From Octopus sinensis (Eukaryota), in NCBI RefSeq assembly GCF_006345805.1, contig NC_043005.1, positions 26,288,001-26,352,000 of the forward strand: a stretch of 64,000 nucleotides of DNA, given 5' to 3'. The translations under genes were made by a program, and so were the position numbers. Under the pieces are notes generated by a model, which had not been told where the DNA came from, searched no databases, and saw only the letters and a list, made by a program, of their open reading frames with translations. The number at the start of each line of letters is the position of its first letter. Position 1 is the stretch's first letter. This document shows, piece by piece, positions 50,566 through 63,772 of this stretch.

Positions 50566-52119
50566 GAAATTTGAGACGTCCCATAGCGGCAACACCTTTG
50601 AACATACATCTGCTAGATCAAGGCCAAACTGGAGCAAATAACAATATGGCAACCACGTCAGAAAATTCTTAACTTCAACAGCACCCCCACACCCCCACCA
50701 CCACCATTGTCATTACAGAAGTCACTGAGGGGAGCCTCTTAAGAGGTCATTCGATCGGTTAGAAATAACAACCAAATAAATCACACACACTGTTATCATT
50801 AAGGAAGAAACACGTTGGTCAATTAGCACCTGGATTCCGTACAGAATACCAAAAAACAAAAAAAAATGAGATGATCACGAATGGAACACCTTGCTTTGAT
50901 GACGGGGAATGCTGAATCGGAGCCGACTTGGGTCTCCAGGTCATCAAACAAGATACGCAATCCCCCACCACATTACATATATATTACATCATCCGCCGCT
51001 CACGGATCCAACACACACACACACACACACAGACATTACCTCTACTAATTCACCACACTATTGCTATTCATCACACACATACCCACCACCACATTTATCA
51101 TAATTACTGTACAACATACACACAACACCGCCCCTATATCCACCACCACCACCACCACAACCACCAGCAGCAGCAGCACTACGGCTATCATTATACACAC
51201 GAACTCCCCCCCACCGCCACCACCACCATCATTATGCAGGGAGTCAATCAGACGGACGGACAGTCAAACAGACAGAAGCGACCACACATTAAAAGGCATG
51301 CACAGCTGAAGTGGGTCAACATCACCATTCCATATATGGTCATAGACAAACTGTTGGACTTCAGATGGGATGGGATGGGACGGAGGGTGGTGGTGGTGGT
51401 GGTGGTGGAGAGAGGAGAGGAGTGGGTGAGGTGAGGTGGCTCCACAACACAAAACTTTGAAGTGGTGGTGGAAGCGGCGGAGATAGTTGTATGGACTCAA
51501 GCAGGTATGAGACGGCAGGAGGGGGTGCTGAAGTTATGAAAGAGAGAGGTGGTGGTATGAGAAGGGGTGAAAGTGTGAGGTGTGTTATCACACACACACA
51601 CACATACACTGTGGTGGGAGAGGAGGAAAAGGGAGAGGTGGCCATGACATAGCCTGTTGTTGTTGTGGTAGAGGTGGTGGTGGTGGTGTCAGCGGCGATC
51701 GTAGTCCTAACTTTGAGGTACAGGACGAAGTGAAGGGGAGGGAGTGCTGTAACTATCACAGTGGTTATAGTGTGTGTGTGTATGTGTGGAGGCGGGGGTT
51801 ATGTGGTTATCACACATGCTATGGTGGTGGCGACGGCGGTGGTGATAGCGATAAGGATGAAGTGTGAAAATGCAGAGGCTATCACACACACATACATTCA
51901 TTGATAATGGTGGTGGTGGTGGTGGTATCGATTGAGGGTGATGAGGGGAGGCGAGGCTAAAGTAGTAGAGGTGGTGGCGGCGGTGAAGGTGGCGGTGGAG
52001 ATAGCCGTCGTCGTCGTCGCCGTTTAACCTGGTTTAATCCTTATCGCTATGTCAGTCATATGATCTAAGGAATTCCAAATGTGACCTTTCCGACATTGTA
52101 AAGCTATGTAGGTCTACAG

Positions 52120-52322
52120 CAGTGGTTCCTAGCGGACGTAAACAACACGCACGCCACCCGTTTTCGGCGGAACCCTAACCCTAAACACCGGGTGTGCGTA
52201 ATCTTTATCCACCCTCGTCGTGGTTCCCAACCTGGGGTCCGCATAGGTTCGTGAACTAAATCCACACATAAGGTTAAGCTTATTAAAAGGGTCCTTGGTA
52301 GTGAAACGGATGGGAACCACTG
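52120..52322. mobile_element. hAT-Charlie MITE with perfect 8-bp TSD and a 90-bp insertion in its left TIR
   Basis: TSD GTCTACAG at 52112-52119 and 52323-52330. Ends CAGTGGTTCC.../GGGAACCACTG. Confidence 0.85.
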
Positions 52323-52667
52323 GTCTACAGTATACCTGCAGCACAACCCAAACGGAACTGGTGTTGGCAAGCTCCCACCTCGGATACAAAAAGGGCACCA
52401 AGCTGATGAGGACTACAGTAAGCAGTGGAAGGAGGGAGATTTGGTTGTTGTGTCTAGCAGGTTGAGCGATCACGCTCCTGCATTGAAGGGAGTAGCTGTG
52501 TGAGAAGAAGGACGCAGTGTATTGGTATTTGTAGTGGTCATGGTGGTAGTGGCGGGTGGCGATGATGATGATGATGATGACAGTATTGGCAGCGGTGGTA
52601 GCGCTGTGTTGTGGTGTTGCCGGTGTAGAGATGGGGGAGGTGGCGGCGGCGACAGCGGTGACAATGG

Positions 52668-52702
<35 letters not shown>

Positions 52703-52847
52703 GTTGACAAGGAGACAACGGAAGAGACATAAGGAGGAATTGTGGGAAGAGAGATAGGGCCGGAAGTGTGCTAAGGAGTGATGGGGGCGAGATAAATCTT
52801 AGCATTGTGTCAAAGTGGCAATAAGTCGAGGTGACAGCAGCAGCAGC

Positions 52848-52905
<58 letters not shown>

Positions 52906-53184
52906 ATAATGGAGTATTGTTATTAGTGGTATTTGGTGGTGGTTATAGTTATAAAGGGCAGTAGACTTGTAGGTAATATATATTTCTTTATTGCCCACAA
53001 GGGACTAAACATAGAGGGGACAAACAAGGACAGACGAACGGATTAAGTCGATCACATCGACCCCAGTGCGTAACTGGTACTTAATTTATCGACCCCGAAA
53101 GGATGAAAGGCAAAGTGGTGGTAGTGGTGGTTGAGGCAGTAGTGTTATTGGTGGTGATGGTGATAGTGGTAGTGGTGGTGGTAC

Positions 53185-53216
<32 letters not shown>

Positions 53217-54504
53217 ATGGTTATCATGATACTAAGCGTATGATTGTGTGGGAACTTCTGTTTCTGGCGTTATCATCCCTAACCGAGCTGTCATGTAATG
53301 TGACAGCAAGAAGTCGGCCGAACGACCAGCTTCGAACCACTCACCGTTACACCTGAGAACCAACACTCTTACACACCAACGTGCAGCGATAAATCGCCTG
53401 GGATATTAATGCGCCAGTGTGGACATGTTCGGCACGCGGTTGACCCTCATTGAGCAGAATGGGAACAGTCTGTATCGTAAAATAAAAAAATGTACGGTAG
53501 AGTTTCACAAATGTCATGTAGAGAGAATAAACTTCGATTAACTGGAATTATGCTATCGGTAATAAACTAGAAAACCACGATACACTAAACAGCGATGATT
53601 AATTTGAACATGTATATAGTTGTATTTAACTGGTCACATTGCACATTTATACAGTTACACGTTCGTGAACACTCGAAAGTGAACTCGATGCGAAAAATGT
53701 CTTGGTAGAATGATAGTCTTCATCGAGAATGACTATGAAAGATGACGTCAGCGAACTGTAGAGGACGTTTCGATATCGTTATGCTTCATCAGCTATGGAC
53801 ATCAAATCCATCGTTCAACGAATAAAAGCTGGGGCTTTTCAAATGAAAAAAATTCAACAATCAAGGGAAATAATCCCTATAAAATAACTAATTGAAACTT
53901 TTAGGTGAAGTCTAGGTATACACCACCTAGTAAATGCTTATTAGCAATACATAGTGTTTGCGCGCGCGCTTGTGTGTATGCATGTTTGCATACATAAATG
54001 ACTGTTTAACTAAGCTGGCACATATCTTTGTGTATATGTCTGTGTATCAGTTTTTAGAATAGGTATAGAGTATTCCGCTGTATCTTGCGAGGCGAATAAA
54101 CAAGTTGCTATCAGGGAGCGCATACAAATGTGACAAATTGTCTCAAAAAGCTTCGGATAACCCATGCCGGCGAAGAGAGATGGATACAAAGACGTTGATA
54201 ATTATATATATATATATATGTGAGTATATGTGCCTCAAGATGTGGAGGAAATATTACCATAGAAAAACAAATCAATTATTAATTCAAGGAGAGTTGCTTA
54301 AGGCGGAAGATCAGCTGTTGTTCGAGATGTAATCTCTAGGTGATCTACGATGTTAAAGAGCGCACCACTGACGAAAAGATACGGGCATGTAAATCCTCCA
54401 CACAAACTGTACACTGTCCATGTAATGTCCCACAATTCAATGTCCCCCGTGGCAAATAAAATACCATCACTACAACCACCACTATCATCATCATCATCAT
54501 CATC

Positions 54505-54546
<42 letters not shown>

Positions 54547-54548
<2 letters not shown>

Positions 54549-54762
54549 GGCGGTGAGCTGGCAGAATCATTAGCACACCTGGCGAAATGCTAAGCGGTAT
54601 TTCGTCTGTCTTTATGTTCCGATTTCAAATTCCGCCAAGGTCAGCATTGCCTATTCAGCCTTTCAGGGTTGATAAATTAAGTACCAGTTGCGTACTGCGG
54701 TCGGTCTAATCGACTGGCCCCCTCTCCAAAAATTTCGGGCCTTGTGCCTAGAGTAGAAAAGA
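54547..54762 (+). mobile_element. tRNA-derived SINE family B, near full length
   Basis: Head aaggcggtgagctggcagaatcattagcac...ttcaaattccgcc. Fragments recur at ~22520-22700, 39260-39420, 40390-40555, 52990-53115 and 61540-61720. Confidence 0.85.
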
Positions 54763-55149
54763 TCATTATTATTAGCATCGAGAACTTCCAGAAATTAAGG
54801 CAATACGCTTGGCTTCAAATACCGCCGAGATCGTTATTGACTATCGTCCCTCCGAGGGTCGAAATAGCAAGAAAATGTATAAGTATTGGTGGCTATGGTA
54901 CCAACTGATCTCCCCACCACCACCACCCGCAAAATGGCTGACCTTGTGCCCCTACGAGAAGCCATTTTTATTCTCATTTTTCAGTCTTGAATTCTCTCGA
55001 AAAATTATGTGCAGCAACGGATTCCAGGAGAATCATCTGTGTTATTCTTCCGAGCGGTATACCAAAGCTTCATACTTGTTCAACAGCCTTATTTATCTTG
55101 TACTTATAAGCAGAAACACGTGGCATGTATTTTGTTAAGATTAATTATG

Positions 55150-55216
55150 TCCATCCATCAGCCTCTCTGCCTATCTATCTATCTATCTACCTACCTACCT
55201 ACATGTCAGTCCATCC

Positions 55217-55255
<39 letters not shown>

Positions 55256-55270
55256 CATCTTTCTATATCC

Positions 55271-55303
<33 letters not shown>

Positions 55304-55378
55304 CCTACCTACCTACATGTCAGTCCATCCATCCATCTATCTATCTATCTATCTACCTACCTACCTACATGTCAGTCC

Positions 55379-55445
<67 letters not shown>

Positions 55446-55460
55446 CATCTTTCTATATCC

Positions 55461-55501
<41 letters not shown>

Positions 55502-55584
55502 CCTACCTACCTACATGTCAGTCCATCCATCCATCTATCTATCTATCTATCTATCTATCTACCTACCTACCTACATGTCAGTCC

Positions 55585-55643
<59 letters not shown>

Positions 55644-55723
55644 CAATCTTTCTATATCCATCCATCTATCTATCTATCTATCTATCTATCTACCTACCTA
55701 CCTACATGTCAGTCCATCCATCC

Positions 55724-55788
<65 letters not shown>

Positions 55789-55870
55789 CACACATGTATA
55801 TACATACATTCATGTATATACATACATGCAAGCATGCATACATACATACATACATACATACATACATACA
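55150..55870. repeat. Compound (TCTA)n microsatellite with periodic cctacctacatgtcagtccatc interruptions, then (CATA)n
   Basis: Six copies of the interruption; produces the 294-aa and 250-aa LSIY ORFs. Confidence 0.95.
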
Positions 55871-55906
55871 TACCTAGATACATATCTACATAAATACAGA
55901 CAGAAA

Positions 55907-55953
<47 letters not shown>

Positions 55954-56199
55954 ACGTACATTCCCGAGAGCGCGTGGATAGTGATAAGAGTGTTGCTCGC
56001 AAAATCGTAGGTTTGAAGCCTGGACAGGGCAGCGTGTTGTGTTCTTGACCCAAACACCTTCATTTTAGGTTGTGCATACCGTGCACCTGTTCGTACAATG
56101 TTGATTTGACTGACGGAGTGAGCTAATGTGCAGCAGGCTTAATCGGCAAGATTTTACAAAATCGTTTGTCTCGGACTCGAAACCTACCATATAAAAAAA

Positions 56200-56585
56200 G
56201 AGTGGCTGCATGGTAAGTAGCTTGCTTCCCAACCACATGGTTCTGGGTTCAGTCCCACTGCGTAGCATCTTGGGCAAGTGTCTTCTACTATAGCCTCGAG
56301 CCGACCAAAGCCTTCTGAATGGATTTGGTAGACGGAAACTGAAAAAAACCCGTCGTATATATATTTATATGTGTGTGTGTGTGTGTGTGTATTTCTGTGT
56401 TTGTCCCCGTCACCATCGCTTGACATCCAATGTTTGTGTGTTTACGTCTCCGTATCTTAGCGGTTCGGCAAAAAGAGATAGATAAAATAAGTACTAGACT
56501 TACAGTCCCGGAGTCGGATTTGTTCGACTAAGGGCGGTGCTCCAGCATGGCCGCTGTCAAATGACTGAAACAAGTAAAAGAATAA
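56200..56585 (+). mobile_element. SINE family A copy
   Basis: Near full-length match to family A. Confidence 0.88.
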
Positions 56586-57317
56586 AATATTCCCTGTAGA
56601 TAGGTTTAACTATTATTCTACTTTCGAGAGACCTGTTGTCTTTACTATCGTAATATAGTAATAAAATAACAATCCTTGGGTGGAATTTATAAACATCTAA
56701 TGCATCACTACGCGCGTTTCCATAAATCACATGTCTCTTAAGACCATAGCCTATATTCCTGAGATGATTACACAGTAGTCCGTAGTATCCGTACGCATCG
56801 GGTTGATCACCTTCATGGATTCATTTCTTCAGGCGATATAACATTAATGGATGTTTAACAGAGGGACGCTTATCCCTTTCAACCAGTGCGATGGTTGATT
56901 GAGTTATATGTGTATTTCTATGCGTGTGTGTGTGTGTGTGTAGTTGAAATTTACAGAAAAACAAACGACAAAGACAGATGTATAAACAACAAACAGGAGT
57001 AGTAGTTTAACGCTCGGGAAGGTGAGAAAGTCTTTTACGTTTCGAGCCTATGCTCTTCAATAGAAAGGAACACAAGGAAATATATATATATATATCGTGT
57101 TATGCGAAGAAGCGGTGCATGGCACCAGAATTTTCGACTCGAATCAAATGTAACAAACGACTCCAAATCGTTATTAGACTATCCGCGTAAGTGGAGTTAA
57201 GACCGAGTAGTTATTATTCTGGCATCAAGTTGTATTAGTTGTAATAATGAAATCAAATCCAATAGTGATATTTTGAAATCCTTTACTGCTTTAACTGAGG
57301 AACGTAATACATGCATT

Positions 57318-57758
57318 GGATCTTTTCGGTTTGAACGGCAGTATTTTAAAATAATTTCCACGTAACTATAAACACTTTTAAACTTCGTATACCGGTAGAA
57401 TGTGTTTATAAAACATCTTTTTCTCTTGGCTTTATTGAGAAAATTCTATGGTTTGTAAGATATTTGTTGTTTGTTTTTTCTTCAATTTCTGCAATTTCAA
57501 CCAATCAATGACCGTCTATTGAGGTGATAACATTCTGTGCCGTATGAAAATGTCCCTCGTTTAAGAAACAGATTGGGTTTATTTACATTTCTGAAGAAAA
57601 AAAAAGATACCCTTCCCCCCACCCCTAACCCTAACCCTAACTAACCCTAGCCCTAAAATAGATTGAAATGCAATAGATCGATACTAGGGTCATAATTATG
57701 GGTGACAATTTCATATGACACCGCTAGAAAAAAACTGCCATTCAAACCGAAAAGATCC
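57318..57758 (+). mobile_element. GGATC-TIR MITE with 8-bp TSD and internal (CCCTAA)n
   Basis: TSD CATGCATT at 57310-57317 and 57759-57766. Homologous to 43012-43416. Confidence 0.92.
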
Positions 57759-58490
57759 CATGCATTTCCTATCATATATTACGCAAACCGGGAACGTACG
57801 TATTAAATAATCTCAAAATATCATTATCTGGTTTGATACAGACACAGACAAGACACACATAATATGCTTTCGTTCATATATTGAGTTCTTAGCTAATAAC
57901 CTTTGCACAAAAAAAAAAAAAAGAAAATACTGATAATATCTATATGATATGATATTTTTCTCTGTGTGTCTATATGTGTGCGTGTGTATGTGCATATCAG
58001 TGTGTGCATGCGTGAGTGTTTTTGTTAGTACTGGGGTAGTAGCGGTGTTGGCAGGTCTGGTGGTGATAAAGGCGATAGGGAGGGGGGGGACAGTGGTGGT
58101 TTCTGAAGTGGCAGAGTTGATAACAGAGGTCGTTGTGATGGTGGTGGTGGTGGTGGTGGTGGTGGCGGCGGCGGCAGTGGCGATGGTGATGGTGTTGAGG
58201 GCGGCGGCGGCGGCGGCGGTGGTGGTGATTTTAATACTAATAACCCGCCTACAGGAATTGTAATTTCTGCATATTGTATCTTATTTGTTTATTTTGTGGC
58301 CTTATTTGTGTATTTCTTTTGTTTGTATTTGCTTATTTTCCTTGCTGCTGCTGCTGCTGTTGTTGTTGTAGTAGTTATTGTTGTTGTTATTGAAACGTTA
58401 AAAAATGGGACGAAGTAGAGAGAAAACATGAACTAGGAACTATTTTCACAGGAAGAAGAGCGAAGGAGGAGGTAAAGGGGGAGGAGAACG

Positions 58491-58533
<43 letters not shown>

Positions 58534-58708
58534 AGAGAGAGAGAATAGAGTGGAATGTAGTAGACATGATCTGTTAGAGGTGGAAGTGGATGAAGAGGTG
58601 GTTGTGTGGCGATGGTTGCAGCGGTGTTATATTCCGGAAAGCTGTCGGATTGATAATTTTCAGTCGGAGTGGAGTGGAAGGGCAACCACGCGTACGTATG
58701 AACACACA

Positions 58709-58746
<38 letters not shown>

Positions 58747-59607
58747 GACGTATTCGTGTGTACGTATATTTATACCTACATATAAATATATACACATAAA
58801 TATAAATACATACATCACATATATAATATACAGAGAGAGAAATAGTGAAAGAAATTACACGCTTGTATATATTATATACGCATATCTATGCGAATAAAGG
58901 AAGCTGTTTATTAATTAGTCTAGAATATATAACTTTTACTATAAGAAAGCAATTACTAAAGTCTACACTGTCAAGAAAATTCTTATAAACTTCAATTTTA
59001 ATAGTTAAGTTTCTTTTGATGAAAATGAGACTTTACGCCACTTTTATAGGTAATAGCTCCATTCCAGGTTGCTTTATATACAGACGAATATCCCATAAAA
59101 ACTTTTGGACGGGACAGAGTACCCCTTTACCGTGAAGCAGTCAATAAATCGTGAAACAGTTATTCAGGAGATTTACACATAATTTTTCTTTTTGTTTTTT
59201 TTACACATCGAAAGCAGAAATAGTGTCTTACATGTAAATTTCACAGCAATTACTTCGTAAAATTTATATTTAAATTTATTTCATTACTTTTGATTGATAT
59301 TTAAAGATCTTTTAAAGTAGGTGTGGTCGATGTGAAAATAAGTCCAGCTTCTGCCTTCATTAGTCGTTGATGTCTTCGAAGTAAATGCAAGTCGACAAAA
59401 GGTAACACAAGGCTTCTCAATCATTCGCAAATCAGCGATGCTTTTCATCGAATTGTTTAATAAATGAACTCTTTGCATATTAAAGTAAAAGGAAAGAAAA
59501 AGAAAAAATGCCTTATTTCAATTGGATGGTAATGTTGGATGGTAATGTTTATTATCCTTTGTATGGTTGTGGTATACCAACTGCTGGTTGAGGGGAGTAG
59601 AGAATAC

Positions 59608-59654
<47 letters not shown>

Positions 59655-60245
59655 AGATGGCACTGTATAACATTTTACAAAGCATGTTTACGCAGCATGT
59701 CTATGAAGAGATTTTCTCTCGGACAAAAATCACCTCACAATGCTTTTCAACTGTGTGTATACATTGATTATGATACACAGCATGCCAATTATATTTTATT
59801 GTGATATTTTATTGTGATGCGTGCGACGAATTTTGATTCGGCCCAGCAGCCTTTTCGTAATATCAGTGAATGTATTTCATTCACTGTTTCCTTGATATCT
59901 CTGTGGAGTGATCTCCTCTAAACATATAAACTAGCGAGTAACGTCACTGACAAAGCCACGTAGGCCGAAAACGCGTCTGGCGTTCTTGTGAATCAATGCT
60001 GGGATGATCTTTATCTCGGTTGATCTCTCTGTTCGCATGTGTGTATGTGTCTGTGAGTGTGTGTATGTGTGTGTGTGTGAACGCGCACGTACGCATATGT
60101 GTAATCTTTTGCTTCTGTCATTAGACTGTTCTTAATAGAAGAGCATGTCAATGAAGCGACGTGGTAAAAAAAAAACAACAAAAGAAAGCAACATGATTTT
60201 CAACTGTATATACCGGTCCTCGGTAGTATAGTGGTAAGTAGCCGG

Positions 60246-60317
60246 TCCTCGGTAGTATAGTGGTAAGTATCCCCGCCTGTCACGCGGGAGACCGGGGTTC
60301 GATTCCCCGCCGGGGAG
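60246..60317 (+). tRNA. trnD-GTC: tRNA-Asp (anticodon GTC)
   Basis: 72 nt. Acceptor stem TCCTCGG/CCGGGGA, anticodon stem CCCGC/GCGGG with loop CTGTCAC, T-loop GGTTCGATTCC. Nearly identical to the canonical metazoan tRNA-Asp. Confidence 0.93.
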
Positions 60318-60654
60318 GCTCATATTTAGCTAGGTGGTGCTATTAAGTTAGACATGGCCTGGGCCAATACTGGCCAAAACCTTTCTAAGTTATTCTAAGT
60401 TATATATACGTCAAGTATGATATATAGATGGCTAGTTGGTTTATACACTGAAAATAAAAGATTGCATAGGGAAACGTACGATGTTTGTCAAAAGCATTAA
60501 AAAACAGGATTTCCCTCAAAAGAAATACTTACCAGCAATGAATGCTGAATAGTAGAAGCGGAAGAAATGGAAATAGAGGAATGCTTCCTTTCAATGGCAA
60601 ATCAAAATTCTTGTGAGTCGAACCAAGAACAAGATCATTTTCGTTTTAATTTTA

Positions 60655-60726
60655 TTTGATCGGTTCATCTTGGTCGGGCCTCTACCCATTGACCTATCCA
60701 ACAAGGGTAACCCTACCAGGAGTCTG

Positions 60727-60771
<45 letters not shown>

Positions 60772-60870
60772 TATATATTCTGATACTCCAGTTGGCACGG
60801 CTCGCTGGGTCACAGAGGCGCGCAAGCCACCCCACCACGACAAGGTATGAACCATGGGGTAGACTGACAA
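60655..60870 (+). mobile_element. Probable RTE-type 5' UTR-derived repeat interrupted by (TA)n
   Basis: Contains ccctaccagg...gtcacagaggcgcgcaagccaccccaccacgacaagg, resembling RTE leader sequence. Confidence 0.4.
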
Positions 60871-61005
60871 AATGTATGCGTATAACAGACTATACACACA
60901 CACAAATATATATATATAGAGAGAGAGAGACCAAAGTGTACGTACGCCGCTATATATATAGATATATATATCAAAAATACAAAATGGACAACAAAACACC
61001 CATAT

Positions 61006-61037
<32 letters not shown>

Positions 61038-61059
61038 ATATATATATATATAAACTCCC

Positions 61060-61264
61060 TTTTACTCTTTTACAAGATTCAGTAATTTGACTGTAGCCAT
61101 GCGGGAGCACTGCCTTTAGTCGAACAAATCGACTCCAGGATTTATTCTTTGTAAGCCTAGCACTTATCCAGTCGGTTTATTTTTGTGTCGAACCGCTAAG
61201 TTACGGGGACGTAAACTCACCAACACCGGTTGTCAAGTGGTGCTCAAATACACGCACGCACGCA

Positions 61265-61335
<71 letters not shown>

Positions 61336-61480
61336 GACGGGCTTCTTTCAGTTCCGTCTTGCAAATCCACTCACAATGCTTTGATTGAGCCCGAGGTTAT
61401 AGTAGAGGACGTTTGCTCAAGGTGACACGCAATGGGACTGAACCCGGAGTCACATGGTTAGAAAGCAAACTTTTTTTTTT
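61060..61480 (-). mobile_element. SINE family A copy (diverged)
   Basis: Match to family A. Confidence 0.8.
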
Positions 61481-62219
61481 ACGGCACAACCACACCTGTA
61501 CCAAGGAAGGATATGTCCGGTTTTCTCTATTCACATTTCGAAGTGGATTGGCCGAATCGGTAGAGCGTCAAACGAAATGACCTTTGATAGCGTTTCTTTT
61601 CACCTCTACACATTCCGGTTTCAAATCCGACTGAGGTCAACTTTGTCTTTTATCTTTCCCCCATGTGAACTAAATAAAGTGGGAATCAAGTTCTGGGGTT
61701 GATGGTATCGGCGATCCTCCCCCACCACCACGACCAACACCATCTGAAGCAGTTAGATATATAGATATATACTGTTAGATATATAGATATATACTGTAGA
61801 GGGGCAGCGTCGCCCATTTTAAGAAGTGCTATTCTATGCGGTCACCCAACCTACTAGAAATAGCAGCCAAATCTTCCAGCGAATGACTGCCGTCTTAACA
61901 AAGAAAACCTACTTGATGTATGTCCAGTGTACACTATACCTAGAAAAAAATGTGATGATCACGGATGGAATACCTTCAACAATGTTGGCACGATTAGGTC
62001 CGACTCGGTCGCATCCTTAATTTAGACGTAAATCTTGCCCCGAGTAGAAGTTGCGACCCAGTTTTTTTTTTTCTTTTTTGTTAAAATCAAATATAAAACA
62101 GTGCGACTTACACACGAATAAATATGGTATACATGCATACATACATGCACGTATGTATGTATGTATGTATGTATGTATGTATGTATGTATGTATGTATGT
62201 ATGTATGTATGTATGTATG

Positions 62220-62254
<35 letters not shown>

Positions 62255-62693
62255 CATGCAGGTGTATGTGTGAGTGACTGAGGGAGCGATAACAATAGTT
62301 GGAGAAGGGGAAATGTGAATGAATATACATTATTTGTATTTCTCATCTTTGTTTTGTTTCGTTATTTTTCTTATCTTGCATGACATGTGTTATATAATAA
62401 ATACAAGTCGAAGATAAACATTTGATGACTTTAACCTCGTGACCTCGTTGAGAATTCTGAAGCGATGGCGGAGAGGTTGTATAACAAAAATGAAAAAATA
62501 AAATCTTAAAAAAAGGGACTTGATAACGAGACCTATGGAAAGATAAAATGTCTCTAAGGACGCATGCACGGACTTTTATGTAAGTGGTTTTAATAAATTT
62601 TGAGTGGGAAAATAGCGTAATATAGAAGCAGAGGTCATCATATCGTGGTATATGTGAAAATTATCATTTAAGTCTCCACCCATGATAAGTTTT

Positions 62694-62725
<32 letters not shown>

Positions 62726-62726
<1 letters not shown>

Positions 62727-63235
62727 GAGTGAGAGAGCAATGCATGCCATCAAAGTGACATTGGGGTAAAATATGCGAAGCCCAGTATACCCATCATGAC
62801 TACCCGTCTGATAAGGGTACACCAGTTGCATGCATCACAACCATATGTGCACGACATGGTGAACTCATATCAAGATAAACAGAGCATGACATTGCAGTTG
62901 GAAATTTTCTTCAGTCGAGTAGCCCATCCCGCTCGAAAGGTCCCTGAATAAGTGTTGTTTTAGGATGTTGAACGAAACATCCATGTTTCCAGAATGAATT
63001 ATCCAAACCCCAAAGGATTCCTCTCAACACATGGCTATGGTGCTCCCCCACGTCTTCTGCTCGTAGTGAAAGATGTATATATCGTCAGTCACCAAGACAT
63101 GCTCAGCTGATTAAGGTCAAACAACTGACAAGCAAATCTGTGGTATTGAGCAGAATATTTGCTGTAGCCCATCTTTTATACCAAGACAAAATAATGTACA
63201 TTATAACACTTCCATTAGTTAAGATCAGAAGCCAT
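62726..63235 (-). mobile_element. Family D retroposon, inverted copy of 27151-27616
   Basis: Direct sequence similarity; (ATT)n at the 3' side on the plus strand. Confidence 0.8.
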
Positions 63236-63562
63236 TGGTTTAATGTGGAGCAAGAAGCAGGGTCCATAACCACGACGAAAAACTGAAATTCTAGTGAAAC
63301 TGATTTGGTTAATGTTCAATTTGAACAGTTGCAAATCAGCTGTTGCGGGTAAAATACGTCATTTGCAAGGGAAGAAGGAATTCCGGAGGGTCGATGATAT
63401 GACGAGCAAGGACTGGTGACAGTTGTTAGTGCAGGTTCTGGGGAGGTTTGGACACAATAAGGATAGCGAACAGAAGAGAGAGACGAGGTCAGCAGGTCCT
63501 TAGAAACAAAAAGATATTGTAGTAGCGGTACCAAAAAAAAAAAAAAAACCCAGAGGAACGAG

Positions 63563-63772
63563 ATGTCTGAGCGTCCAAGGGTGGGATGCGGTGGTGAGCG
63601 ACTTTAAGGTGATCTGCCGGACTGTCTGTCTGAACATGGCTGAGCATGTCTGAGTGTCCAAGGGTGCAATGCGGTGGTGAGTGACTAAAGCGATCGGTCG
63701 GATTGTCTGTCTGAGTGTCCAAGAGTGGAATGCGGCGGTGAGTGACTTTAAGGCGATCGGTCGCACTGTATC
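63563..63772. repeat. Three imperfect ~62-bp tandem units
   Basis: tgtctgagtgtccaagggtg...atgcggtggtgagtgact...gatcggtcg is repeated 3 times. Confidence 0.85.

Noticed and set aside
55009-55893. 294-aa and 250-aa LSIY-repeat ORFs, the longest in the track
   Set aside because: They come from the compound (TCTA)n microsatellite.
57620-57655. (CCCTAA)n as a true telomere or chromosome fusion scar
   Set aside because: Only about 4 units, internal to a MITE bounded by TIRs and a TSD.
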